In this document: positions 40,591 to 54,344 of the stretch, one piece after another | Position numbering within the stretch: position 1 is the stretch's first letter | How the letters are laid out: each line of letters begins with the position of its first letter | NCBI GenBank assembly: GCA_951406725.2 | Contig: OX597824.1 | Location: 33,232,001 to 33,296,000, forward strand | Reading direction: 5' to 3' | DNA length: 64,000 bases | Source: Octopus vulgaris | Lineage: Eukaryota | Program-made: the position numbers and the translations under genes | The notes under the pieces: generated by a model | The model's database searches: none | What the model was told of the DNA's origin: nothing | The model's input: only the letters and a program-made list of their open reading frames with translations

Positions 40591-42334
40591 AACAAAGGCG
40601 GTGAGCTGGCAGACACGTTAGCGCGCCGGGCGGAATGCTTAGCGGTATTTCGTCTGTCGTTACGTTCTGAGTTCAAATTCCGCCGAGGTCGACTTTGCCT
40701 TTCATCCTTTCGGGGTCGATAAATAAAAGTACCAGTTTCGCACTGGGGTCGATGTAATCAACTTAATCCCTTTGTCTGTCCTTGTTTGTCCTCTCTATGT
40801 TTAGCCCCTTGTGGGCAATAAAGAAATACATATATATAAACAATTCGAGGATGTCAGGTTCTCATTGGGAATTAAATAATCCAAAAATTTCACTGGTTAA
40901 TCACTATCATGTAAGGAGAAAGTCTCGACAATATGTTAGGGATTATTACAGTAATATATATTGTTAATAAATTCCTTGCATTGGCGTTATATCTTTCTTA
41001 CTTTTATAGAGTAAATTAAATTCTATTATAATTCATATTTGTTAAATTATCTTTAAATATCAATAATTGATTTAACTACTAAATAGTTGTAATCTACCTT
41101 ACCAAAAAATCGATCATAAATACAAATACATTGCTTTTCTTCATATAATGTAATGCGCTATTCCTACATATAATGAAATTATCTCCAATCTACTTATATA
41201 TTTAGTTAATAACTAGCAGTATCGCCCGGCGTTGCTCGGGTTTGTAAGGGAAATAACTATATAAGCATTTTTAGAGAGTTATAGCAAAAAAATAGCAAAA
41301 AAATGCATTAAAAATGGAAAAAAAATTATGGTAAATTTTTTTTTAAATCGTTGACTCATCGTAGACATTTTTAGAGAGTTACTTCCCTTATATAATAGTG
41401 AAAAAAATGCATTAAAATGGAAAAAAATGATGGTAAATTTTTTTTTTAATCGTAGACTCATCGTAGACGCGCGCTAATACCCAGAAGGGCTCGATATGAA
41501 TCACGACTATAAGATACCCGGTTTTGGTTAAACTGTGGGAGTAGTTAGGAATCTAAATCGTAGGAGACAGACACACAACTTCACTTTTATATATAAAGAT
41601 TAATAATTACAAACATATTACGCTACATTATAACAAATACCCAATATATGCTCCCATATATTCTACTACATTTTTTTCATTATATTATATTTTAATCTTT
41701 TTCACTTCACTCCCTCTTTCAACTATCTTTTTTATATATTTGACCTCTTAACTGATCAATTCTAGATATTAAACTTCCCATAACATCCTTAACAACTTAA
41801 CCTTTCTGATAATAGATAAATAAAAATAAATTTAATAAATATATCATATTTTGAGTGTGAGTGTTTATATATATAATTGCAGCGCGGAAGATGTTTATAA
41901 GCCATTTAAGAGCACGCAAAAAAACCCCGTTAGATTCACTTCAACATTTCAATCTACTTTGTGTCAAAATATTTTCGTCGCTTTGAACCCGCGACATGTT
42001 CACTGATAAAAACTTTGTGCTGCAGCGGATGTAAAAAGGATGCTGAGATGACACTTAGATTGTAGAAGAGTGGATTGATCACATACTTAGATTGATAAAA
42101 GTACTGCCAGTTATACAATGGTATAGCTAGAATGGATGCTACATGGGGCAGCACTTCAGTTTTCTGCCCCATTCAACCCCCTATACAGGCTTTTAAAAAA
42201 AACTATAAAAAAAAAAAACTGGCACTCCGTCGGTTACTACGACGAGGGTTACGGTTGATCCGATCAACGGAATAGCTTGCTCGTGAAATTAACGTGCAAG
42301 TGGCTGAGCACTCCACAGACACGCTTACTCTTAA
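40014..42334. repeat. Long-range inverted duplication (40014-40238 / 42105-42334)
   Basis: A SINE tail plus the adjacent approximately 110 bp are both duplicated in inverted orientation. Confidence 0.85.
41212..41600 (+). mobile_element. Non-autonomous Helitron/Helentron-like element (related copies start at 14541 and at 42858-43176)
   Basis: Shared 5' end actagcagtatcgcccggcgttgctcggg (short hairpin), internal tandem duplication, 3' end ..cttttatatataaagat; no TSD seen. Confidence 0.6.
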
Positions 42335-42415
42335 ATGGCTTATAAACACCTTCCACGCTGCAATTGTTTTTGTTTCAGCCCACGATCTCAGATCAAGTCA
42401 CTTGCTATGCAAGTG

Positions 42416-42457
<42 letters not shown>

Positions 42458-42497
42458 GAGAATATACTCATATGTGTGTTTATGTGTAAATACGTAG

Positions 42498-42567
<70 letters not shown>

Positions 42568-42574
42568 CACAAAT

Positions 42575-42808
42575 ATATAGGTTGGCCAAAAGTCACCGAC
42601 AGTAAATCAAAAACCGTTTAATTCCAAGATTTATTTATGTTCAACAACTGAATGAATTTAATAAAAGCATTTAAATATGAAACATCATGAAAATTGTTCA
42701 AACTGAAGTCCCCGAGGGACACATTTTCCCATTCGTGTCAATGCAGTATTACAGATAGTATTTATGGAATTTTGATTTACTATCGGGTGACTTTTAGCCA
42801 ACCCTGTA
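42575..42808. mobile_element. Tc1/mariner-type MITE
   Basis: TIRs ggttggccaaaagtcaccgacagtaaatcaaaa / ttttgatttactatcgggtgacttttagccaacc, TA flanks. Confidence 0.8.
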
Positions 42809-43757
42809 TATATATATGTGTGTGTGTACGAATGTATAAATGCATAAATATAAATATACTAGCAGTATCGCCCGGCGTTGCTCGGCTTTGTAAGGGAAAT
42901 AACTATATAACGGTTTGTTTACGTTTAGCGTAATGATTTCAAATAGGCTCATTCGAAAAAGTAAATAGAGATAGTCTAAGGCTTTACTCTTCTGGGAAAG
43001 TCTGTGGCTTGGTCCAGTTTCTGCAGAAAACTCACCGAAAGAAACAGTTTTTAAATTTTCACTCCATTCAGGTACCAATTCGTTTTAGGTAAATTGTAAT
43101 TGAAGAAATCCTATATTGTAGATTTGTATAACTCCCAAAGGGAGGCAGATAAAATCTGCCTTTTATAATAAGAGATACATTTTATATATTGACGGCTAAG
43201 GGTTTACACGTTAAGGCTTTCAAGATACTTATATTAACGGTCAAATTTTTCAGTCTTTTATCTATACTTGATTTTAAATATGACACAATATGACGTCAAC
43301 GCTACGCATCCCTAGATTTCCTGAACTGTATCTATTACCAAACCAATGAAAATAATTCGTCTATAACGGCTGACTAATAATTTTTTATTATCTAACTTAT
43401 CCTTCATTTATTTTACTATTGTTCTTTCCTTTTATTTAAATATATATATACTATATAATTTAAGCACATATATATTTTTCTATACTTTTTATCTTATATC
43501 TTCTTTACCTTTATTTGTATGTTATTTGTATGTTTATTTTATTTTATCTTTACTTACATCTATAATTCACTAGCTAAATACAGACGAGTGGCTGTGTGGT
43601 AAGTAGCTTGTTTACCAACCACATGGTTCCGGGTTTAGTCCCACTGCATGGCACCTTGGGCAAGTGTCTTCTACTACAGCCTCGGGCCGACCAAAGCCTT
43701 GTGAGTGGATTTGGTAGACGGAAACTGAAAGAAGCTCGTCGTGTATATGTATATGTA

Positions 43758-43793
<36 letters not shown>

Positions 43794-44030
43794 TGTGTTT
43801 GTCCCCCTAACATCGCTTGACAACCGATGCTGGTGTGTTTACGTACCCGTAACTTAACGGTTCGGCAAAAGAGACCGATAGAATAAGTCCTAGGCTTACA
43901 AAGAATAAGTCCTGGGGTCGCTTTCCTCGACTAAAGGCAGTGCTCCAGCATGGCCGCAGTCAAATGACTGAAACAAGTAAAAGAGTATCCTTTCAAGAAA
44001 TATGTTAACCTTTGTAGTATAAGCTCATGA

Positions 44031-44151
44031 AACCCTGATGAGATTCTGCCCCATATAGTTGAAAATGATGACCAATTCTTAGCATATGACCCTACCCAAA
44101 GGCTAAGAATTACGAATCACCTGGGGGCATGAATCGAAACATATTTAGGAT
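44031..44151 (+). ncRNA. Hammerhead-like motif with long stem II (degenerate stem III)
   Basis: AACC-CTGATGA-GATTCTGCCCC...GGGGCATGAATC-GAAAC-ATAT-TTA-GGAT; GTA has decayed to TTA. Confidence 0.6.
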
Positions 44152-44316
44152 TTTGGCATCTACCATTTCTTTTAGAGCTTTGTGATTTATAATTTATTTG
44201 TATTATTTTTATAAAAAAACTTTCAATCTCATTTTATCATACAAATAAATTATTTATACATCCACAATTCTCCATTTTCTTTCTTTCGTTATGTTGTGAG
44301 TGTATATATATATATA

Positions 44317-44532
44317 CAGATTTGGGGACTGTAGATGAAAAAAATAATATCGTGATTTTATGAAGTGGGAGATATTTTTGAAGGCTTTAGTAGGAATAAG
44401 ATGTATCGTCGTGTTGGGAAACTGCCAATCAATGAGTAACTGATAAAGGGGAAATTTTAGTGAAATTTCCTTCCTTTGATGTTATGCAGTGACTGTGAAG
44501 TTTGGTTCTCAATCATATTGTTGCAAGTTCAT

Positions 44533-44580
<48 letters not shown>

Positions 44581-44635
44581 AAGCCTTGTGAGAGGATTTG
44601 GTAGATAGAAACTGGAAGAAGCCCATCCTATATAA

Positions 44636-44733
<98 letters not shown>

Positions 44734-44932
44734 GGAGATGTACTTGCATAGCAAGTGACCTGATCTGAGATCGTGTGCTAGAACGAAAACAATTACAGCG
44801 TAGAAGGTGTTTATAAGCCATTTAAGGAACACACAAAAACCGTTAGATTCACTTCAATATTCAAATTTATTTTGCCAAAATATTGAGACCTCGACCTGTT
44901 CAATGACAAAATTCCGTGCTGCATCCGTGCTG

Positions 44933-44977
<45 letters not shown>

Positions 44978-45652
44978 ATATATATATACAAGATATATAT
45001 ATACAAGATAAGATATTTATATATTTGTATATTTTTATATGTATAAGTTGTATTATGGTATGCACCCACACCCATGTGGGTATATATGTAGACTAATTTA
45101 TATTACATAATCTCCGAAGAGGCCTTATGATATTTTTGTAAATGTCTCATTTACATCTATATATTGACCTACCGTAAAGGGCTAATATTGGTAAAATGAG
45201 ACATACTTATCTACATGGCCGAAACAGCTGTAAGATGTAATCTATACTTATATTTATATTTACTTATATTTATATTCTCTTTTATATATATTCTACTTAT
45301 TATACAACATTACTCTTTTATGTACACTTTTTTATGTACATTCCTTTATGTACACTGATTTGTTCTGATTTTTATATTTAACCCTACAGTCTCTTATGTG
45401 GTGGTTTAATAAAGTATGTGATTGAGTATTATCTGGTAATTGATATTTGATTTAGATGAATTTCTCCATTTTCTTATCTTGTATTAGTAATTTGTGGTAA
45501 ATCATTTTACCTTTGCCCATATAATACAGTAAATGAATTGATTGCATCGCAATCATTAACATTTATGTATTAACTTTGTTGGTACTTCACTAGCAGTATA
45601 TTGGATATATGTTATCCCATGGAGGGTTGCATTTACAACCCCTATCTCAATT

Positions 45653-45703
<51 letters not shown>

Positions 45704-46031
45704 GGCTTCTTTCAGTTTCTATCTACTAAATCACCACCACCACCACCACCACTACAAGGCTTTGTAATCAAAGATACTTGCCCAAGGTGCTATGCAAAAG
45801 GAACTGAATTTGCAACCAAGTAATTGAGAAGCAAACTTCATACAACAAAATCACTACATAATATCACAGGAAAGAAATTTCACTAAAATTTCCCCTTTAT
45901 CAGTTACTCATACTAGATTGGCAATTTCCCAACACGACGATAAATCTTATTCCTTCTACTAAAAAGTCTTCAAAAATATCTCCCACATCATAAAATCACG
46001 ATATTATTTTCATCTACAGTCCCCAAATCTG
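44317..46031. repeat. Long-range inverted duplication (about 44317-44632 / 45696-46031)
   Basis: cagatttggggactgtagatgaaaaa...aaggggaaattttagtgaaattt vs its reverse complement; the inner ends abut (TA)n. Confidence 0.88.
45110..45236 (+). ncRNA. Hammerhead-like motif with long stem II (core variant CCGAAGA)
   Basis: ATCT-CCGAAGA-GGCC...GGCC-GAAAC-AGCT-GTA-AGAT; palindromic stem III ACAGCTGT; one core substitution (U4->C). Confidence 0.65.
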
Positions 46032-46544
46032 AATCTACAGCAGATCGATAATTCATAGCTGAATTCAATTTTGGTGCATAGAAAATTAGAAATAATTGGT
46101 GCCTGATTTATTGGTAAAGTATATAGCTATCAGAATTGAAAAATCTACAATAAAATGGGTAGAAAGAGACAGGCAAATAGTGTAATTTTGTCGTCATAAT
46201 TTAACATCTGGTTTTTCTTCTTTTCTTTTCATGCTGGTATAGGTTGGATGGTTTGGGTGGGACTGAAGAGCTAGAGGCCTGCTCCAATGTCTGTTTTGGC
46301 CGGGTTTCTACAGCTCGATGTCCTTTCTAACACCAACAACTTTACAGACTGTATTGGGTGCTTTTTCTTTCTGTTTTCATAGGACCACCACCACGACCAT
46401 TAGTCAGGTCACCAACTATTCCTAAATTAAGACTTACCCTCTCACTCGAATGAGTTGGGTGTAGTTTTGAGAGGATATGAAAATATGATAAACCACTAAA
46501 TGCACACTGGTAGTAAAATGTTGTGATTCTGTTAGATGAAACTA

Positions 46545-47070
46545 TACTGTAAATCATCGAGTATAGTCCGCCCTTGAGTATCATACGCAGGGAATTTTTA
46601 GGGAGCTGTACCTCTGAAAAACCTAAACCTTATGTATAATACGCACTCCTTCTCTAACTTGAGTCGTTTGTAATTAAGCCAGCAGAACCTAGTCGAACAA
46701 ACACTTCCGCGCATGCCTATTACAATAATGGTGATGTTCTTAACTGTTATATGGGAATGTAAATATGTTTGCAAATTGTTTTTGTTACATGTTATTCTAT
46801 GTTCTGAATACTTTTATTTTAATAAATGTTGCTTACTGCAAGTTATGGATGATTCTTTTATGACATCATTGCTTTCAGGCTTAGCTTAAGATATTTTCGC
46901 GCCCGACATCACAAAATGCGTCTGAATAAACATTGCCGGACAGCAAATAGAGACTCAGACATTGCTTAGAAAATATTTTTCATTTTTAACTTCGTATATA
47001 GTACGTACTAGGGACTGTGACCGTTAAATTTTGGGAAAAAGATGCGGATTATACTCGAGGATTTACGGTA
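46545..47070. mobile_element. TA-flanked Tc1/pogo-type MITE (a partial inverted copy lies at about 6702-6815)
   Basis: TA-ctgtaaatcatcgagtatagtccgc ... gcggattatactcgaggatttacgg-TA. Confidence 0.75.
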
Positions 47071-49426
47071 TATTAAGATGCTTAGAGATATCTATTTCTC
47101 TCCTCCCTCTCAATTATTTTCACACACATGCATGTGTGTGTGTGTGTGTGTGTGTGTGTGGTTCAGAATATCTCACTTTGAACCATCTGGTTTCAGGCTC
47201 AGTCTCACGGTGAGGCGCCTAGGGCAAGTGTCTTCTACTGTAGCCCTAGGTTGGCGAAAGCTTTGTGAATGGATTTGGTTGATGGGTATATATAACCTAG
47301 TGGTTAGTGTGTTGTACTCACGATTTCTAGATCGAGGGTTCAATATCCGAACAGGGTGGCGCGTTGTGTTCTTGAATAAAACACTTCATTTCACGTTGCA
47401 CCAGTCCACTCAGCAGTAAATGGGTAAACCTGCGACCGTCTAGCCTTCTGCACAAGGGGGAATGTTGGCCCGTTAGCCTAGCCAGTGGGGTGGCATCATT
47501 CGAAAGCTAAAACAATGTGAAGCGCATTGTGATCAGCGATGTATAACAACATCCGATTGTCTGGTCGATACCAAGATACAATGATGTGTATGTAGGTGTG
47601 TGTGTGCGTGTGAGCGCGTGTGTGTGTGTCAGTGTTTATCCCTCACCACCACCACTTGCTTGGCGACCGGTGCTGGTGTGTTTACGTCCTCGTAACTTAG
47701 CAGTTCGGCCAGAGTAACCGATAGAATAAATACAAGGCTTAAAAAAGTAAGTCCTGGCGTCGTTTTGTTCGCCTAAAACCCTTCAAGACGATACCCCAGC
47801 ATGACCGCAGTCAAATGACTGAAACAAAAAAAAAATAAATAAATAAAAGATTACCTGGCGATTTTTCTATTTAATTCTTTTTGTATTATGAGATATAATA
47901 TAATGTATTATATTGTATATCCTTGTGGCTCTTAGGCAGCCAGAACGTCTGATATTTCTACATATGTTATAAAACCAAGAGAACATATGATACACTTTAT
48001 GTTTACAAAATACAATTTGGAGCAAATAAAGAACTTAACTTGATACAAGAATGTGTTTGTAGACGTGCTCTGAGACGGTTTTTTGGATTATATTCCGTAG
48101 GAAGAATGTCGGGCTCTTCCGACCGCAAAGTCGCAATTTGTACTTTATTGGGTTTCATACGTGTTTAATTCACATGTATTCTAGAATAATCTTTTATCTG
48201 ATACTTGTTTCAGTCATTGGGTTGTAGCCATGCTGGGGTACCGCTTTGAAGTACTTGTTTTTTTTTTTTTTGTTTAGTCTGATGCTTATTCTATCAAGAT
48301 CTTTCGCTGCACCAATGTTTTGAGGACATAAACAAACTAACACTGGTTGTCAAGTGGTGGTGGTGAGGTGCGTGCATACACACACACAGATATATATGAA
48401 ACAAGGTTCTACAGGCGTTGGAGTGGCTGTGTGGTAAGTAGCTTGCTTACCAGCCACATGGTTCCGTCGTATATACGTATGTCTGTGTATATGTTTGTGT
48501 ATCTGTGTTTGTCCCCCCAACATCGCTTGACAACCGATGCTGGTGTGTTTACGTCCCCGTAACATAGCGGTTCGGCAAAAGAGACCAATAGAATAAGTAC
48601 TAGGCTTATAAAGAATAAGTCTTGGGGTCAATTTGCTCGACTAAAGGCGGTGCTCCAGCATGGCCACAGTCAAATGACTGAAACAAGTAAAAGAGTAAAA
48701 GAGTATAGATTCCATCTACCAAATTCACTCACAAGTCATTCGTTGGCTTGGGGCTATAGTAAAAGCATTTGCCCAAGGTGCCACACGGTGGAATTGAACC
48801 CAGAAAGCATGGGGTTGCAAAGCAAGCATCCTTACCACACAACCATACTTACACCTATAGCAAAGTTGAATATGTTTCCTCCAGCACCATTAAACCTCTC
48901 TACATCATCTAAAAATATATTAGAGATAATGATTTATCTAGGGTAATTAACCGCAGTAATTTATTTTCTATTTATAAAGAATGTGACAGAGAGGGGATGG
49001 AAGGGCCCTGACCATTACTGATAGGGCCAAGCAAAGCTTTGTGAGAGGATTTGTTAGACGGAAACTGAAAGAAGCCCGTTATGTATACGTGTGTGTGTGT
49101 GTAGAAGCCCGTTATGTATACGTATGTGTGTGTGTCTGTGTTTGTCCCCACAACATCGCTTGACAAAAGAGACCGATAGAGTAAGTACTGGGCTTACAAA
49201 GAATAAGTCCTGGTGTCGATTTGCTCGACTAAAGGCGGTGCTCCTGCATGGCCGTAGTCAAATGACTGAAACAAGTAAATGAGTATAATAAAAGTTGACA
49301 ATTTTTTAAATCTTATATTCATTTTATAAACAAACAATACAATATTACGTAAACATTTTATAAGCATTTTATCATGTTTCTTTCTTTTCTGGACACTGGC
49401 CGCGTACCGGCATACAAATTCATACG

Positions 49427-49917
49427 TGGAGGCACAATGGCCCAGTAGTTAGGGCAGCGGATTTCGCGGTCGTAGGGTTGCGGTTTCGATTCCCAAACCG
49501 GGCATTGCGATTGTTTATTGAGCGAAAACATCTAAAGCCCCACGAGGATCTAGCAGGGGGTGGTAGCGAACCCTGCTGTACTCTTTCACTACGACCTTCA
49601 CTATTTCTTCCTGTTTCTGTTGTACCTGTATTTCAAAGGGCCAGCCTTGTCACACTTTGTGTCACGCTGAATCTCCCCGAGAGCTACGTTAAGGGTACAC
49701 GTGTCTGTGGAGTGCTCAGCCACTTGCACGTTAATAAATGAGCTGCGACGTCACTGGTGCCAAGCTGTATCGGCCTTTGCCTTTCCCTTGGATAACATCG
49801 GTGGCATGGAGAAGGGAGGCCAGTATGCATGGGCGACTACTGGCCTTCCATAAACAACCTTGCCCAGACTTGTGCCTCGGAGGGTAATTTTCTAGGTGCA
49901 ATCCCATGCTCATTCAT
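49427..49917 (+). mobile_element. Composite tRNA-derived SINE family D (inverted copy at about 59690-60186)
   Basis: Head gtggaggcacaatggcccagt.gttag.gcagcgga...ggtttcgattccc; the same head occurs at 20764 and 18482(-). Confidence 0.85.
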
Positions 49918-50389
49918 GAGCGACGTGGGTCACAACACAACAAATTCATACATACAATGGCATACATGCATACCTACAAACACACATAAGCATGCCAAAA
50001 TACATCTATACATATAGCCTTACATACACACATGGCATACACACAGGTAACATATATACACACGATATACAGACACACACGACATACATACAGACACACA
50101 CGACATACATACATACACACACACACGACATACATACATACACACACACACAAACGGCATACATGCACACACGCGCGACATACATACACGACGTACACAC
50201 ACGGTACACACACATACACACACTCACAAACGACATACATACACGACACACGATATACACGGCACACACACAACCTACATGCACACATGGCATACACACA
50301 CATACATGATATATACACACGACATACATACTTACATACATACACAGACACACACAACATGCACACAAATGACACACACACATCTATAT

Positions 50390-51005
50390 TCACATAAGCA
50401 TCTACATTCATACACACGTCTACATTCGCATTCACACACGCACACACTTCTGCGTTCACATACACACATACAAGTCTACGTTCATCCCCCTCCCCCACAT
50501 ACACATCTACATTCTTACACACGCCTCTACATTCTCACGCGCACACACAGCTACAATCACACGCACACACACACACACACACATCTACATTCACACACAC
50601 ACACATCTACATTCACACGCGCACACACAGCTACATTCACACACACGCACATACACATCTACATTCACACACACACATCTACATTCTTACACACGCCTCT
50701 ACATTCTCACGCACACACACAGCTACAATCACACGCACACACACACATCTACATTCACACACACACACATCTACATTCACACGCACACACACAGCTACAT
50801 TCACACACACGCACATACACATCTACATTCACACACACACACACATCTACATTCACACACACACACATCTACATTCACACGCACACACACAGCTACATTC
50901 ACACACACGCACATACACATCTACATTCACACACACATACACACACATCTACATTCACACACGCACATACACACACATCTACATTCACAAACACACACAC
51001 ATACA
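50390..51005. repeat. CA-derived minisatellite, unit approximately aca(t/g)ctacattcac(ac)n
   Basis: About 20 variable-length units with higher-order periodicity. Confidence 0.9.
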
Positions 51006-51509
51006 CAGACACAAATGATTACTTAATTGATGTCTAAACTCCAATGAAAGAACCTTTTTTTCCTGGGCTGGGAGAAATTGAAGAATTAAGCCAGAACAAA
51101 CACATCCACCCGCGCCTACCCTCATCGGCACATTGTATGGTGCTGCAGTAGACGAAACTATTTTGGAGACTACTTTAGGAAGGTTCTTCTACTTCCCATT
51201 TCCTAAACCGATTCCAGTACCATCACCAACAACTGGCACTAGTAGGTAATTGATTATTGACTAGACTAATCAAAGAAACCTCTTATTAGAAATCGTAGCG
51301 ATGCGGCATCATGGCGGGATATCGCGACAATGACGACGGGAACAGCAACAACAACACGCCGATGATAGTGCCTCTGTGTAAGTCATTCGACCTGGTAGAA
51401 ATAACAGCCAAGATGTTTATAACGTAAGCCCTAACGTCTTAGGAAAAAGAATGAAAGCTATTTTACATAATTTAGTCCTCTTGTCTTTGAAAAATATGTA
51501 TGTGCTATA

Positions 51510-51545
<36 letters not shown>

Positions 51546-51563
51546 TGTATGTATGTATGTATG

Positions 51564-51651
<88 letters not shown>

Positions 51652-51824
51652 CAATAATAAATCTCTGAACGAGGTATAGACAGTAACTGCACGACAATGT
51701 GAAGTATATTTGCCATATTTAGATGGCTAACCACTAAGGGTGGATGTTATATATATATATATATATATATATCGTTTTTGGATTTGGTTTGCAAGATTCT
51801 TTATATGAGTTCGTGTGTTGAAGC

Positions 51825-52009
51825 ATATTCTGTTGTGTCTGGGGAGAGTCATTTTTCTGTTGTGCCTTATGATTTAACACACTCACCGGTAACATACATA
51901 TACAACGAAAATTTTAGGAGAATAAAAATAAGAAATAAGTGGAAATTTTACCGGTGAGTGTGTTAAATCATAAGGCACAAAAAGAAAATGACTCTCTCCA
52001 GACACAACA

Positions 52010-52015
<6 letters not shown>
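51825..52015. repeat. Inverted repeat, approximately 68-bp arms
   Basis: atattctgttgtgtctgg...actcaccggtaa / ttaccggtgagt...cacaacagaatat. Confidence 0.88.
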
Positions 52016-52065
<50 letters not shown>

Positions 52066-52799
52066 TCTTTACTCTTTTTCTTGTTTCAGTCATTTGACTG
52101 TGGCCATGATGGAACACCGCCTTTAGTCGAGCAAATCGACCCCAGGACTTATTCTTTGTAAGCCTAGTACTTATTCTCTCGGTCACTTTTGCCGAACCAC
52201 TAAGTTACTGGGACGTAAACACACCCCCATCGGTTGTCAAGCGATGTTGTGGGGTGGGTGCAAACACAGACACAAAAACATATACACAAACATACATATA
52301 TACGACGGGCTTCTTTCAGTTTCCGTCTACCAAATCCACTCACAAGGCTTTAGTCGGCCCGAGGCTATAGAAGAAGACACTTGCCCAAGGTGCCACGCAG
52401 TGGGAATGAACCCGGAACTATGTGGTTGGTAAGCAAGCTACTTACCACACAGCCAAACATGCACACACACAAACATACACACACACGCTTATATATATCT
52501 TCACAAACATACACATGTACACACACACACATATACGTAACTGTACATATATACATATATCCACACACATATGTATGTATATTTCAAGTCTTTATGCTTT
52601 GGCATTATCCTGTTTTCTATTATGTATAGTTAGAATACCACAAGAGGAAACAAAGGGGAATCCCATGGCCACTCCAACTGAAGTGCCATTTCGCTGCCCA
52701 CAAGAAAATAGATGTGGTGGCCATGGGTTCCCTCTTAGGATGTACGATTGCAGCACTCTAACCAAACACAGTAGAAAACAGAATACCAAAACACACACC

Positions 52800-52845
<46 letters not shown>

Positions 52846-53454
52846 GCGTGTGCGTGCGTGCGTGTATGTGTGTGCGTGTATGTGTGTGCGTGTGTTATTT
52901 ACGTCATCAACAGTTTATGGCTGTCTTAGCTCATAACAATCCTGATAGTTTTGGACAAGCCTAACTTTAAATTAATTTAAGTTTGTTTATATTAATTATA
53001 TATCCAATATTGTGTAATATAGAATTAATGTCATTTATTTCTAATTAAAAAGCTGCTGGAAGTAATTAAATTATTGTCTATTAGGAAAATTTACACATCT
53101 CAGTTTTTCTTTATTTCATATATATTTTCTCCGAATTCTAAAACTCAGAGTGCCTGTTACCCCGTTGTCACAATGAGCACAACAATCCCCTGAACGAGAC
53201 CCTGGCTCATTGCAGGATTCAAGGCCAACAATTTTGAGAGGAGGGGCAAGTCGATTACGTAGACCCTAGTATTTTACTCTTTACTCTTTTACTTGTTTTA
53301 ATCATTCGACTGTGGCCATGCTGGAGCACCGCCCTTAGTCAAGCAAATTGACCCCAGGACTTATTCTTTGTAAGCCTAGTACTTATTCTATCGGTCTCTT
53401 TTGCTGGGACATAAACACACCACCATCGGTTGTCAAGCGATATTTGGAGGACAA

Positions 53455-53487
<33 letters not shown>

Positions 53488-54344
53488 AATATATATATAT
53501 ATACGATGGGCTTCTTTCAGTTTCCATCTACCAAATCCACTAACAAGGCTTTGGTCGGCCCGAGGCTATAGTAGCAGACACTTGCTCAAGGTACCACGCA
53601 GTGGGACTGAACCCAGAACCATGTGGTTGGTAAGCAAGCTGCTTACCACACAGCCACTCCTGCGCCTGGTATTTTATTTTATGGACCTTGAAAGAATGAA
53701 AGGCACAGTTGACACCAACGGGATTTAAGTTTAGAACGTAAAGAGTTGGATAACTATCGTCCTCATCGCCGAATAGTGGTGAGCATTTGTTTTACCTTTC
53801 ACTTCCAATCAATAAAGTTTATTTCGCTATGTCCGCCTTCTTATACATACACCGTTCGAAAGATAACCGAAATCTTTACATATGTCACTTAAGGCTTGAC
53901 AATCAGCAACTCGGAGTGAGGAAGTAGATATAACTGGATTTGGCAGGATCGTTAGCACGCCGTGCGAAATGCTTAATGGTATTCCGTCTGCCTCTACGTT
54001 CTGAGTTCAAATTCCGCCGAGGTCGACTTTGCTTTTCATCCTTTCGGGGTCAATTAAATAAGTACCAGTTACGCACTGGGTCGATATAATCGACTTAATC
54101 CCTTTGTCCGTCCTTGTTCGTCCTCTCTGTGTTTCGCCTCTTGTGGGTAGTAATAGGTATTTCGTCTATCTTTATGTTCTGAGTTTAAATTCTGCCGAGA
54201 TCAACTTTGCCTTTTATCCTTTCGGGGTCGATAAATTAAGTACCAGTTACGTACTGGGGTCGATATAATCGACTTGGTCTCTTTGTCTGTCCCCTCTATG
54301 TTTAGCTCCCCTGTGGGCAATAAATAATTAAATATATTAAGCAA

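Noticed and set aside
46438-46530. Strong minus-strand donor AGG|GTAAGT
   Set aside because: The phase-1 frame needed to join the next exon contains stops, and there is no NCKX-like sequence
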